A DNA stretch of 64,000 bases, taken from NCBI GenBank assembly GCA_030684935.1, contig JAUXXH010000021.1:36974-100973 (forward strand). The letters run 5' to 3'. Positions 29,144 through 38,229 of this stretch are shown here, piece by piece. The position numbers were made by a program, and so were the translations under genes. Each line of letters starts with the position of its first letter. Position 1 is the first letter of the stretch. The notes beneath the pieces were generated by a model. It saw only the letters and a list, made by a program, of their open reading frames with translations, searched no databases and was not told the DNA's origin. This DNA is from Pseudolabrys sp. (GTDB lineage Bacteria > Pseudomonadota > Alphaproteobacteria > Rhizobiales > Xanthobacteraceae).

Positions 29144-30052
29144 CTAGTCGACAAGCGGCGCGGTGCTGAAGCTCAACATGTCTTGAATCCGCTTCCACCG
29201 TTGCGAATGCGGCGGCGTGATTCCCCACTGGTCCATTCGTCCCGCGGGCCACTTCCAGTACTCGGGACCATGCGGCACATACGAGTCATCGACCTGCATT
29301 ACGTCCGACGTGTATTCGAGCGGTATCTCTTCCGGCCCGGCAAAGTATGCGAAAACGTTGTCGCCGGCGACGTGCCGCCCTGGACCCCATTCGATCGGAT
29401 AGCCCGCATCACGCATTCTTCCTGCGCCGCGCATGACCGCATGCAGATCGGGCAGCTCGAACGCGATGTGATTGATCGTCGGCTTGGCGGCGCCACAGAC
29501 AACGACGGAATTGTGGTCTGTGTTCGCGCAATGGAGAAACGAAAGCGGCCCGGATTGATCGATCAAACTGAATCCGAGATTGTCGATGAGAAACGCATTC
29601 GTGCCGTTCACGTCAACCGCGTTCAGGTTCACATGAGCGATCTTGCGCGGACGATCTGCCACGTCAGCGTCGTCTGCGTGATCGGCGACCTCGCAGACGA
29701 TGCCGAAGCGGCGCCCTTCCTGATCCACAAAGTCGAAGCCGTAGCCGCCGCCGGGACCCTTCGATTCGGCTAGCCGTGTGCACTGATGACCGCGCCCGGC
29801 AATCGCACTGTGAAACGCACGGACGGAATCCCGGTCGCTTGCGTCAAAAACAACGCGCCGCACCGCGGCACCCCCGCTGGCGGCGTGGAGCGCGAGGATA
29901 TGGTGGTATCGTCCCGTACCGCGAAAATACGCAGCGCTGCTGCCGGCTTCGACTTCGGAGAGGCGCCAAACCTCGGTGAAGAATTTTCTGGCCGCGCCCA
30001 GATTGGGCACTTCCAGTTCAATGCTGCGTAAGCCTCTGACACGATTGCTCAT
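29144..30052 (-). CDS. VOC family extradiol dioxygenase-like protein
   Basis: Two VOC domains; IAHVNL, INHIAF, WGPGRH..DNVFAYF..LEY (His/His/Glu metal triad). Confidence 0.82.
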   Translation of the reverse strand: MSNRVRGLRSIELEVPNLGAARKFFTEVWRLSEVEAGSSAAYFRGTGRYHHILALHAASGGAAVRRVVFDASDRDSVRAFHSAIAGRGHQCTRLAESKGPGGGYGFDFVDQEGRRFGIVCEVADHADDADVADRPRKIAHVNLNAVDVNGTNAFLIDNLGFSLIDQSGPLSFLHCANTDHNSVVVCGAAKPTINHIAFELPDLHAVMRGAGRMRDAGYPIEWGPGRHVAGDNVFAYFAGPEEIPLEYTSDVMQVDDSYVPHGPEYWKWPAGRMDQWGITPPHSQRWKRIQDMLSFSTAPLVD

Positions 30053-30109
30053 CGATCACCGCCTGAAAAAGCCGAGAGGTCTATCGCCGAGTTTCATTGC
30101 CGAACCGCA

Positions 30110-30664
30110 CTAAGGGGTCCAGCCCTGCCCCCAGGCGTCCGGCGCCGCTGCATCGATGAGGATGAAAGCCACGCGGCAGACCTTGTCGCCGTTATTGACC
30201 CAGGCATGGTTGGTTCCCTGCTGAACCAGGGTGTCGCCGGCTTTCATGCGGATTTCGGTATCGTCCAGAAGCATGTCGATCTCGCCCTCGAGAACGATGG
30301 CGTAATCGATGCTCTTGGTTCGATGCGTGTTGGTGTGACGCATGTATCCCTGCGTCGCGGGGTCAATACCCATGGCCTTCAGAATCTTGTCGTGGTCGAC
30401 ATGACCTTCGGCAGGCTTTGCGGGCGGGAAATCGACGATCCGGAAGATGGTCCCGTTGGCTGGCGGAGGAACCCCGATGGCCCGGTCGCCGCGGTCCGTC
30501 GCAGCGTTCATGTCGATCGGCTGCTCGTCGGTGACCCACAGCATGGAGACCGCGTTGCCGCCCGGGCTCCGTTGCTTCGGTTGCGCCGCGCCGTCAAAAA
30601 GAACGACCGCCTTGCCCTGCGGGTCGTGCCCGGTCACGACGCGCCGTGTCTGCTTGAATTCCAT
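30110..30664 (-). CDS. Cupin domain protein
   Basis: RRVVTGHD, HRTKSIDYAIVLEGEI, VQQGTNHAWVN. Confidence 0.85.
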   Translation of the reverse strand: MEFKQTRRVVTGHDPQGKAVVLFDGAAQPKQRSPGGNAVSMLWVTDEQPIDMNAATDRGDRAIGVPPPANGTIFRIVDFPPAKPAEGHVDHDKILKAMGIDPATQGYMRHTNTHRTKSIDYAIVLEGEIDMLLDDTEIRMKAGDTLVQQGTNHAWVNNGDKVCRVAFILIDAAAPDAWGQGWTP

Positions 30665-30720
30665 TTTTCGCTCTCCCCTCGCGGCATCCGACGCTTGCGT
30701 ACCGCTGCGTCGATTATTAT

Positions 30721-30776
30721 TGAGCAAAGTCATTTTTGACTATACTCATTTATTATGAATGCGCTTGGGTTGTCAA
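30721..30776 (-). promoter_or_regulatory. Tandem TGA-N6-TCA operator and -35 hexamer for the cupin operon
   Basis: TGAGCAAAGTCA-TTTT-TGACTATACTCA (30721-30748); minus-strand TTGACA at 30771-30776. Confidence 0.65.
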
Positions 30777-30942
30777 GAATGCCAGGTCACCCGGCCGCCG
30801 TATCGGGTGGCGCCATTGACCGCAGGCTTGCTCTCGTTGCAAAAGCCATATGTTAAGCAGCAGCGATACCGCCGCGAAGCAAGATGCCCGCACTCTGGCT
30901 CCTCCGACCGCACCCAAACCCGCGTCACGGCACAGAACCACC

Positions 30943-31593
30943 ATGAATATCCGAGTTGGCGAACTTTCCGGGCAGCGGGAGAAGAACAAGCTGGAGAAGC
31001 TTCAGCGTATCCGCGAAGCAACACGCGAATTGTTCATCGGCAAAGGATATGACGAGACGACGACGCGGGAAATCGCGATCAGGGCCGGCGTCGGAATCGG
31101 AACGGTATTCACCTATGCGGAAAACAAGCGCGATCTGTTGTTCCTGGTTGCCAATGACGAGTTGGATGAAGTTACCCGCAAATGCGAAGCGGGTGTTTCG
31201 GACGAGGCCTCCTGCCTGGAGAATCTGTTGGCCATCTTTCGTCAGCACTACCGCTACTATGCCAGGCAGCCCGCGCTTTCGCGTCTCCTGCTCCGCGAGA
31301 TGACATTTTACGACTCTGGAAGCCAGGCCAAGCTGTTTCAGCGGACACGCGAGCGCAACATCGATCTTGTTAGCGCCGCTGTGAGAAGAGCTCAGGAATC
31401 GAAGGAAATTGCCCTCGATAGTGACCCGGAATTTGCCGGCTGGATCGCCTTTTGTATTTTCCAGGTGGAGCTTCGGAGATGGCTCATGACCAAGGAACCG
31501 AATTTGAGTGCCGGCATGAAGCGTCTTGAGAGGGCCCTCGTTCTTTGCATGAGTGGGTGGGGCGCCAGGCCGGCGGCGTTCGAAAGAAAGTAG
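30943..31593 (+). CDS. TetR family regulator
   Basis: REKNKLEKLQRIREATRELF..GYDETTTREIAIRAGVGIGTVFTYAENKRDLL; alternative start 30850. Confidence 0.9.
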   Translation: MNIRVGELSGQREKNKLEKLQRIREATRELFIGKGYDETTTREIAIRAGVGIGTVFTYAENKRDLLFLVANDELDEVTRKCEAGVSDEASCLENLLAIFRQHYRYYARQPALSRLLLREMTFYDSGSQAKLFQRTRERNIDLVSAAVRRAQESKEIALDSDPEFAGWIAFCIFQVELRRWLMTKEPNLSAGMKRLERALVLCMSGWGARPAAFERK

Positions 31594-32138
31594 CCGCAGA
31601 GGATTGGTCGGAAGTCCGCGCGGCAGCGCGGACTCCGGCGCCGGCTGGGGCTGTCCAGCCTGTGGCGGGCCTTTCTGCTCAAAGCAGGAGTTTTCTCAAT
31701 CTCGACTGCATCGCTGGGGCGGCGGTGGAGATCGCGCCAAGCTCCGCCCATTTTCCCTGCTAACAGGGAATTCGGTAAAATTCCGGGCATCTGCCGCACC
31801 GGAGACTGAAACAGCTGGCCGGCCGCGTCTCGGTCGACGGATCGTTCTGGGCCGCGACTATTCATTCCCGCCGGCGGACCTCGATCCGGTCTCGACGGGG
31901 AAAGACGCTGGCTTTTCTACGGCAGAGCAACTCGTATCCTCGAAGACAATCCCCGCGTCCTGTTCCCGCAGTAGTCGTAGGCGCCTCACTGTCAGAGCTA
32001 CAACCAGAATGACATGATCACGACAGGCACCCGGATTTTCCCGTTTTTATGATCGCATTGGCGGTGTTATCAATGATTCAGAAATCGGCGACGAAACCGC
32101 CCAAATGAAGTCCGCGCACAGAATAGGGAAGAGATCGG

Positions 32139-32942
32139 ATGAGGCGTGTTAATTCTGGCGGAGTCGAAATCGTCTACGACGTCATGAACGCCAGCGGGCC
32201 AGGGGTGCCGCTCTTTCTCCTCGCCGGGCTCAATGGCATGCGCCAGGCCTGCATGAGCCAGGCCATTCCGTTCTCGCGCGAGCGCCCTGTTATCGTCCAG
32301 GACCAGAGAGGAACCGGCGAAAGCGACAAGCCGCTGGGCGTCTACAGCGTCCAGAACATGGCCAAAGACGTGATCGCCATCATGGACGACGCCGGGATCA
32401 AGACGGCTCACATGGTAGGCACCTCGACCGGCGGCGCGATTGCCCAGGTCTTGTGCCTGGACTACCCCGATCGCGTGCAGACCGCCGCCGTGTGTTGCTC
32501 CTGGATGAAGGCGGACCACTTCTTTCGCCGCCAGTTCGAGATGCGCAAGCGCATACTTCTGGCCATGGGTACAGAGACTCTCATGCTTTTGACTTCAACA
32601 ACACTCAACGATCCAAAGTGGTTCACTGAAAACTACGACGAATTGCTGAAGCGCGAGAAAGGCCTGCTGGAAAGAGCCGGCCCCGTACAGGTGGACGCCG
32701 AACGTGTCGACGCCATCCTGGCGTTCGACGAGAGCAAGCGCCTCAGCCAGATCAAAACACCGGTGAAGGTGATCGCCGCAAAGAACGACGCAGTTTGCCC
32801 TCTCTATTATTCGGAACAATTGGCAAGGGAAATCCCGGGCGCAACGCTGAGCCTCTATGAGGACGGCGGACATTTTTTCTATGTCGTCCACGCCGACCGC
32901 TTCAATGCGGAAATTCGGGATTTCATGCTTCAGAACGAATAG
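32139..32942 (+). CDS. Alpha/beta hydrolase (RutD/enol-lactonase-like)
   Basis: DQRGTGES, GTSTGG, KND, GGH. Confidence 0.82.
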   Translation: MRRVNSGGVEIVYDVMNASGPGVPLFLLAGLNGMRQACMSQAIPFSRERPVIVQDQRGTGESDKPLGVYSVQNMAKDVIAIMDDAGIKTAHMVGTSTGGAIAQVLCLDYPDRVQTAAVCCSWMKADHFFRRQFEMRKRILLAMGTETLMLLTSTTLNDPKWFTENYDELLKREKGLLERAGPVQVDAERVDAILAFDESKRLSQIKTPVKVIAAKNDAVCPLYYSEQLAREIPGATLSLYEDGGHFFYVVHADRFNAEIRDFMLQNE

Positions 32943-33193
32943 CGCTGAATCGATTTCGCAAGCGCTGGATTTCCGCAGAATGCGCGCCACCTCCCCCGGT
33001 AGCAGAGATCAAAAGATTGATATCGAAGCGCGAGATTAATCTCGTTCGATCTCGCTTGCCCAGCCGCATCAAATCCGCAAACATGCGCCTCAACTTGGGA
33101 TCGATGTTTGTGAATCCCGAGAAGAATAATTCAAGCCGATCAGACGGTGACATCGCCGGGCTTGGCAACGGGTGGAATTGAGGAGGGAGTCTG

Positions 33194-34066
33194 GTGGACG
33201 ATGTCGTGGCCCAAGGGGCAAAGGGGCGCCGGCTTGCGCGCGAATTTCGCTGGCCCGGAGACCGCCATGTTGCGGTCGTGCTCAATATCGCATTCGAAGG
33301 CTGGTCGGACGGCAAAGCCCCAGGGATTGGCCCGATGGGCAATCCCCTGCCCAACGGCATTTTCGACACCAACGCCCTGCTTTGGGGGCACTACGGCGCA
33401 GTGCGTGGCATTGACCGGTTGATGCGGGTATTTGAGCGGAACAAGATCCGCGGCAGCGTGATGGTCAGCGGTGTCTTTGCCGAACGTATTCCAAAGACCG
33501 TTAAATCGATTGCAGATGCCGGGCACGAGATCGTCGCCCATGCATATGCTCAGGAAATCATCCCGGCAAAGTTTTCCGAAGAGGAGGACCGCGCCCATAT
33601 CGCCAAAACGACAGCGGCGCTGGAGTCCGCGATCGGACGCAAGCCTCAGGGCTGGATCAGCCCGCGCGGCACACCAGGTGCGCACACAGCCCGTGTGCTT
33701 TCGGAAGCCGGCTATATATGGCAGGGCGACGTCTTCGACGACGACCGGCCGTATATTCAGGAATTTGGCAGCAAAAAAATCGTGGCCATCCCGCTTGCCA
33801 TGGAAATCAACGATCTTCCTCATGCCATGAGGTTCGGAAGATCACCGCGGCAATTTATCGAATTGTTCGACGACAATCTCGCCGCTGCGTTATCCGACCA
33901 AGAGGGCGCCATTATTCTAGATGTCACGGCACACTGTCATTGCTATGGGCGCCCTGCCGGCGCTTGGGCGATTGAAGCGATTGCCAAAAGCGTGCGCAAC
34001 CGGGACGATGTCTGGCTGACCACACGCGATGAGATCACAGCACACGTCCTCAAAGGCTCTTTCTGA
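33194..34066 (+). CDS. Polysaccharide deacetylase family protein (PuuE-like)
   Basis: YGAVRGIDRL, GHEIVAHAY, PQGWISP, DDDRPY, EINDL; GTG start after GAGGGAG. Confidence 0.82.
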   Translation: MDDVVAQGAKGRRLAREFRWPGDRHVAVVLNIAFEGWSDGKAPGIGPMGNPLPNGIFDTNALLWGHYGAVRGIDRLMRVFERNKIRGSVMVSGVFAERIPKTVKSIADAGHEIVAHAYAQEIIPAKFSEEEDRAHIAKTTAALESAIGRKPQGWISPRGTPGAHTARVLSEAGYIWQGDVFDDDRPYIQEFGSKKIVAIPLAMEINDLPHAMRFGRSPRQFIELFDDNLAAALSDQEGAIILDVTAHCHCYGRPAGAWAIEAIAKSVRNRDDVWLTTRDEITAHVLKGSF

Positions 34067-34097
34067 ATCCGAAAATCAAATAAGGAAAGGGAATGCC

Positions 34098-35075
34098 ATG
34101 TGGAAATTATCTGGCATCGTAGCGATCGTGGTTGCGCTCTTCATTCCCGGCGGGCCGGCTGCGGCCCAAACCTACCCCTCGAAGCCAGTTACAATCGTGG
34201 TGCCATTTCCTCCCGGCGGCCCCGTCGATACGATTGCGCGCATCATGGGCGATCGCATGCGAACGTTTCTTGGCCAGCCCATCGTGGTCGAGAACGTTGG
34301 CGGCGCCGCGGGCAGCATCGGCGTTGGCCGTGCGGCGCGGGCTGCGCCCGACGGCTATACGCTCAGCCTGGGAAATTGGGCGACCCACGTTGTCAATGGC
34401 GCGATCTATTCATTGAACTACGACGTGCTCAATGATTTCGATCCGGTATCTCTCATCCTCACCCAGCCTGAGATCGTCGTCGCAAAGAAGGACATGCCCG
34501 CAGACGACCTCAAGGGACTTATCGCGTGGTTGAAAGCCAATCCCAACAAGGCAGTGCAAGGCACCTCGGGGGTCGGCAGCGCGGGGCACATTGCAGGCGT
34601 GTTTTTCCAGCAGATGACAGGCGTGCAGTATCAATTCATTCCCTATCGCGGCCTCGCTCCCGCGATGCAAGCGTTGCTGGGCGGGCAAGTCGATATGCTC
34701 ATCGACGTTCCGGCAAGTTCGGTACCACAGGTTCAGGCCGGCACGATCAAGGCCTACGCCGTCACAGCTAAATCCCGCCTTGCGGCATTGCCCGACATTC
34801 CCACCGTCGATGAGGCAGGTCTGCCGGGGTTCTATGCCTCTGTGTGGTATGCGTTGTGGGTACCGAAGGGCACCCCGAAAGATATCGTCACAAAGCTGAA
34901 CGAGGCGGTTGTGGACGCGCTCGCCGACGACACAGTGCGCAAGCGCCTTACAGGCCTTGGGATGGAGATATTTCCTCGTGACCAGCAGAATAGCGCTGCA
35001 CTGAGCGCGCTCCACAAGTCCGAGATCGACCGCTGGTGGCCGATTATCAAGGCCGCGAATATCAAGGGTCAATGA
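34098..35075 (+). CDS. Bug/TctC substrate-binding protein
   Basis: YPSKPVTIVVPFPPGGPVD, ENVGGAAG, AAPDGYTL. Confidence 0.92.
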   Translation: MWKLSGIVAIVVALFIPGGPAAAQTYPSKPVTIVVPFPPGGPVDTIARIMGDRMRTFLGQPIVVENVGGAAGSIGVGRAARAAPDGYTLSLGNWATHVVNGAIYSLNYDVLNDFDPVSLILTQPEIVVAKKDMPADDLKGLIAWLKANPNKAVQGTSGVGSAGHIAGVFFQQMTGVQYQFIPYRGLAPAMQALLGGQVDMLIDVPASSVPQVQAGTIKAYAVTAKSRLAALPDIPTVDEAGLPGFYASVWYALWVPKGTPKDIVTKLNEAVVDALADDTVRKRLTGLGMEIFPRDQQNSAALSALHKSEIDRWWPIIKAANIKGQ

Positions 35076-35183
35076 ACTCAGAGTTTCTTATGACTTATCC
35101 CCCTTGGCGACGCTCCTCTCCGCAGGCTTCTTCCACTTCTGCGGAATAGACGTGTCTTACGAGCCGACGGAGGCCGCCAGTCA

Positions 35184-35945
35184 TCACCAGGCGGACCAGC
35201 CGGCATCGACCGCGATGGTGACGCCGTGCACCGCGTCGGAGTCGTCGCTGGCGAGATAGACGGCCGTGCCGGTCAGTTCTTCGGGCTGAAGGAAATCGCG
35301 GCCGGTCGGCGTCATGTTGGCCATTTGCTGAATGTAGTCCGCCATGTCGGGCCCGCGCAGATGGGCGTTCAGCGGCGTGGCGATATTGCCTGGCGCGATC
35401 GAGTTGACGTTGATGTTGTGACGGCCGATCTCCACCGCCAGCGCACGGGTCAGATTGACCATCCCGCCCTTCGCCGCGCAATAGGCCGGACAATTCGGCC
35501 CGGCGCCGATGCCCCAGATCGACGAGATGTTGATGACCTTGCCTTTGCCCTTGCGTCTGAATTCAGGGTACGCAGATTTCACCAGAAAGAATGCGCCTTT
35601 GAGATTGAGATCGAGCTGCTCATCCCACATCGCTTCGGTGGTATCCTCGACCGAAGCGGTGTGCATGATGCCCGCGTTGTTGACGACGATATCGACGGTG
35701 CCGAATTTCTTGATGACGTCGGCGACCAGGCGCTCGATGTCCGCCACCTTCGAACAATCGGCGACAAAGGCTTCGGCCACGCCCCCTTCGCCACGGATCG
35801 CCTTAACCACCGTGTTCGCCTTGTCCATGCTGCGCGACGCAACGACGGCCACGCGCGCGCCCTCGCGTCCGTAGCGGCGGGCGATGGCCTCGCCGATGCC
35901 TTGGGAAGAACCCGTCACAATCGCAACTTTGTCCTGAAGCCTCAT
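35184..35945 (-). CDS. SDR family oxidoreductase
   Basis: TGSSQGIG, VNNAG, YCAAK; RBS GGAGG. Confidence 0.9.
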   Translation of the reverse strand: MRLQDKVAIVTGSSQGIGEAIARRYGREGARVAVVASRSMDKANTVVKAIRGEGGVAEAFVADCSKVADIERLVADVIKKFGTVDIVVNNAGIMHTASVEDTTEAMWDEQLDLNLKGAFFLVKSAYPEFRRKGKGKVINISSIWGIGAGPNCPAYCAAKGGMVNLTRALAVEIGRHNINVNSIAPGNIATPLNAHLRGPDMADYIQQMANMTPTGRDFLQPEELTGTAVYLASDDSDAVHGVTIAVDAGWSAW

Positions 35946-36155
35946 ATCGCCTCCCACTCCGTCGATTAATTCTGACATGCCGAAAATAGATACCGGTGCG
36001 ACAACAACTTCGGCCGTACCGCCAAGTTTGAGGTTTTTTGCCTTTGGTTTCAATGATTAAACTGTTGAAATCAGGAAACAGAACGCCCCTCATAGTTTTG
36101 CTGAACCGTTCGCCCCGCCCCGTCTCCGTTTCCGTCCCGTCAACTTGGTGATTGT

Positions 36156-38219
36156 ATGAGAATTGCTTGCGACACAGGCGGGACATTCACCGACCTGATC
36201 GTCGAATCCGACGACGGTCAGATCAAGATGTACAAGGCGGCGACCGTTCCGCAGGATCCCGTGCAGGGCATGCTCGACGCCGCCACGGTGGCCGCCGGCG
36301 ACTGGAAGCTGTCACTTCCGGATTTTCTCGGACGCTGCGACCTCCTCATCCATGGCACGACCCATGCGATCAACGCCATCATCACCGGACGGACCGCCAG
36401 GACGGCCTTCCTGACGACGGCGGGGCACCCCGACATTCTCGTGCTGCGGGAAGGCGGCCGTGCCGAGCCGTTCAACTTCCACGTTCCCTATCCATCACCC
36501 TATATTCCCCGCGCTCTCACTTTCGAAATCCCCGAACGCATCAATGCCGCCGGCGCCATCGTCACGGCGCTGGACGAGGAGGCCACTGGCCGCATCCTTG
36601 ACGACGTCGCCGCATCGGGCGTCGAGGCCATCGCCGTGTGCCTTCTCTGGGCGATCGCCAATCCGGTGCATGAACTGCGCATCGGCGACATGATCCGCCA
36701 GCGTCTCCCGGACGTGCCCTTTACCCTCGCCCATCAGCTCAACCCGACTCTGCGCGAATACCGCCGCGCCTCCGCGGCGGCCATCGATTCATCCTTGAAG
36801 CCATTGATGGGCCGGTATCTCAGCGAACTGACATCCCGTCTCGCGTCGTCGGGGTTCAAGGGCCGCACCCTCGTCCTGACCTCGCAAGGCGGCATGATGG
36901 ATGCCGCCGAACTCGCCAAACAGCCCATTCACGCCATCAATTCAGGACCCTCGATGGCGCCGATCGCCGGCCGCTATTACGGCGCGGTCGACAGCAAATT
37001 GCCGCTCGCCATCGTCGCGGATACCGGCGGCACCACCTATGACGTCAGCCTGGTACGGCGCGGCCGCATCCCGAAGACGCGCGAAACATGGATCGGCAAG
37101 CCGTATCGGGGCCACATGACCGGTCTGCCGTCCATCGACATCAAGAGCGTCGGTGCCGGCGGCGGCTCCATTGCCCGTGTCGACAAAGGCGGCCTGCTTC
37201 ATGTCGGCCCGCAGAGCGCCGGGTCTGTGCCGGGCCCCGTCTGTTATGCGGCCGGCGGGACCCAACCGACGCTGACGGATGCGTGCCTCGTGCTGGGCTA
37301 CCTCGACCCCACTTTCTTTCTCGGCGGACGGATGAAGCTCGATCCGGACGCGGCCCGGCAGGCCATCGAGAGTACGATTGCGGCCCCCCTCAAGCTTGAC
37401 CTTTACGCGGCAGCAGCCGCGATCGTGGAAGTCGCGACGGAGAACATGGTTCAGGCGATCGAGGAAATCACCATCAACCAGGGCATCGACCCCAGCGAGG
37501 CCGCCCTGATCGGCGGCGGCGGCGCGGCGGGTTTCAACTCGGTCTGGATCGCGCGCCGTTTGAACTGCCCGCTGCTGATCATGCCCGAGACCGGCGCCGC
37601 GCTGAGTGCTGCCGGCGCCCTGATGTCCGAATTGCGTGACGAGTACCGCGAGATGTTTCTGGTCACGTCGGATGCCTGGAACGAGCCGGCGGTCAACAGC
37701 CTGCTCGCCAAGCTGCGCGAACGATGCGTGGCATTTGTCGACCGTGCCGGCGCCAGTCTTCAGCAGGCGCGGATCGAGTTTGCCGTCGAGGCGCGTTACG
37801 CCGGACAGGTCTGGGAGATCGAGCTTCCGCTGAAGCATGACCACTATGCGGGAGAGGCCGACCTGGCGGGCCTCCTGGAGGATTTTCACGCGCATCATGA
37901 AGACGTGTTCGCGGTGCGCGACCCGTCCTCCGTTGTCGAATTCGTCTGCTGGACCGCCGCGGTCTCCTGTCCGCTGGGACGCAACGACCTCGGACGCATG
38001 CCCGCCGATCCGGCCGCATCCCGGCGCAGCGCAAGCCGCCAGGCATTCTTCGCCGGCTCCGGCATCGTCGAAACGCCGGTCTTTGCCCTCGCCTCGTTGC
38101 CGGAAGGCGACGTCATGCGCGGCCCTGCGATCGTCGAGACGCCCTTCACGACAATCGTGATCGACCCGCGCGCATCGTTCTGGCACGGCCCGTCGGGCAG
38201 CCTGCTCATCAAGCCTTGA
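36156..38219 (+). CDS. Hydantoinase A/5-oxoprolinase family, ATP-binding subunit
   Basis: DTGGTFTD, HGTT, SGP, DTGGTTYD, GAGGGSIA, VGPQSAGSVPGP. Confidence 0.92.
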   Translation: MRIACDTGGTFTDLIVESDDGQIKMYKAATVPQDPVQGMLDAATVAAGDWKLSLPDFLGRCDLLIHGTTHAINAIITGRTARTAFLTTAGHPDILVLREGGRAEPFNFHVPYPSPYIPRALTFEIPERINAAGAIVTALDEEATGRILDDVAASGVEAIAVCLLWAIANPVHELRIGDMIRQRLPDVPFTLAHQLNPTLREYRRASAAAIDSSLKPLMGRYLSELTSRLASSGFKGRTLVLTSQGGMMDAAELAKQPIHAINSGPSMAPIAGRYYGAVDSKLPLAIVADTGGTTYDVSLVRRGRIPKTRETWIGKPYRGHMTGLPSIDIKSVGAGGGSIARVDKGGLLHVGPQSAGSVPGPVCYAAGGTQPTLTDACLVLGYLDPTFFLGGRMKLDPDAARQAIESTIAAPLKLDLYAAAAAIVEVATENMVQAIEEITINQGIDPSEAALIGGGGAAGFNSVWIARRLNCPLLIMPETGAALSAAGALMSELRDEYREMFLVTSDAWNEPAVNSLLAKLRERCVAFVDRAGASLQQARIEFAVEARYAGQVWEIELPLKHDHYAGEADLAGLLEDFHAHHEDVFAVRDPSSVVEFVCWTAAVSCPLGRNDLGRMPADPAASRRSASRQAFFAGSGIVETPVFALASLPEGDVMRGPAIVETPFTTIVIDPRASFWHGPSGSLLIKP

Positions 38220-38229
38220 GGACAAGACC

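Noticed and set aside
31553-32017. 154-aa ORF in the gap after TetR
   Set aside because: No RBS or recognisable motif and atypical composition; treated as non-coding or decayed sequence
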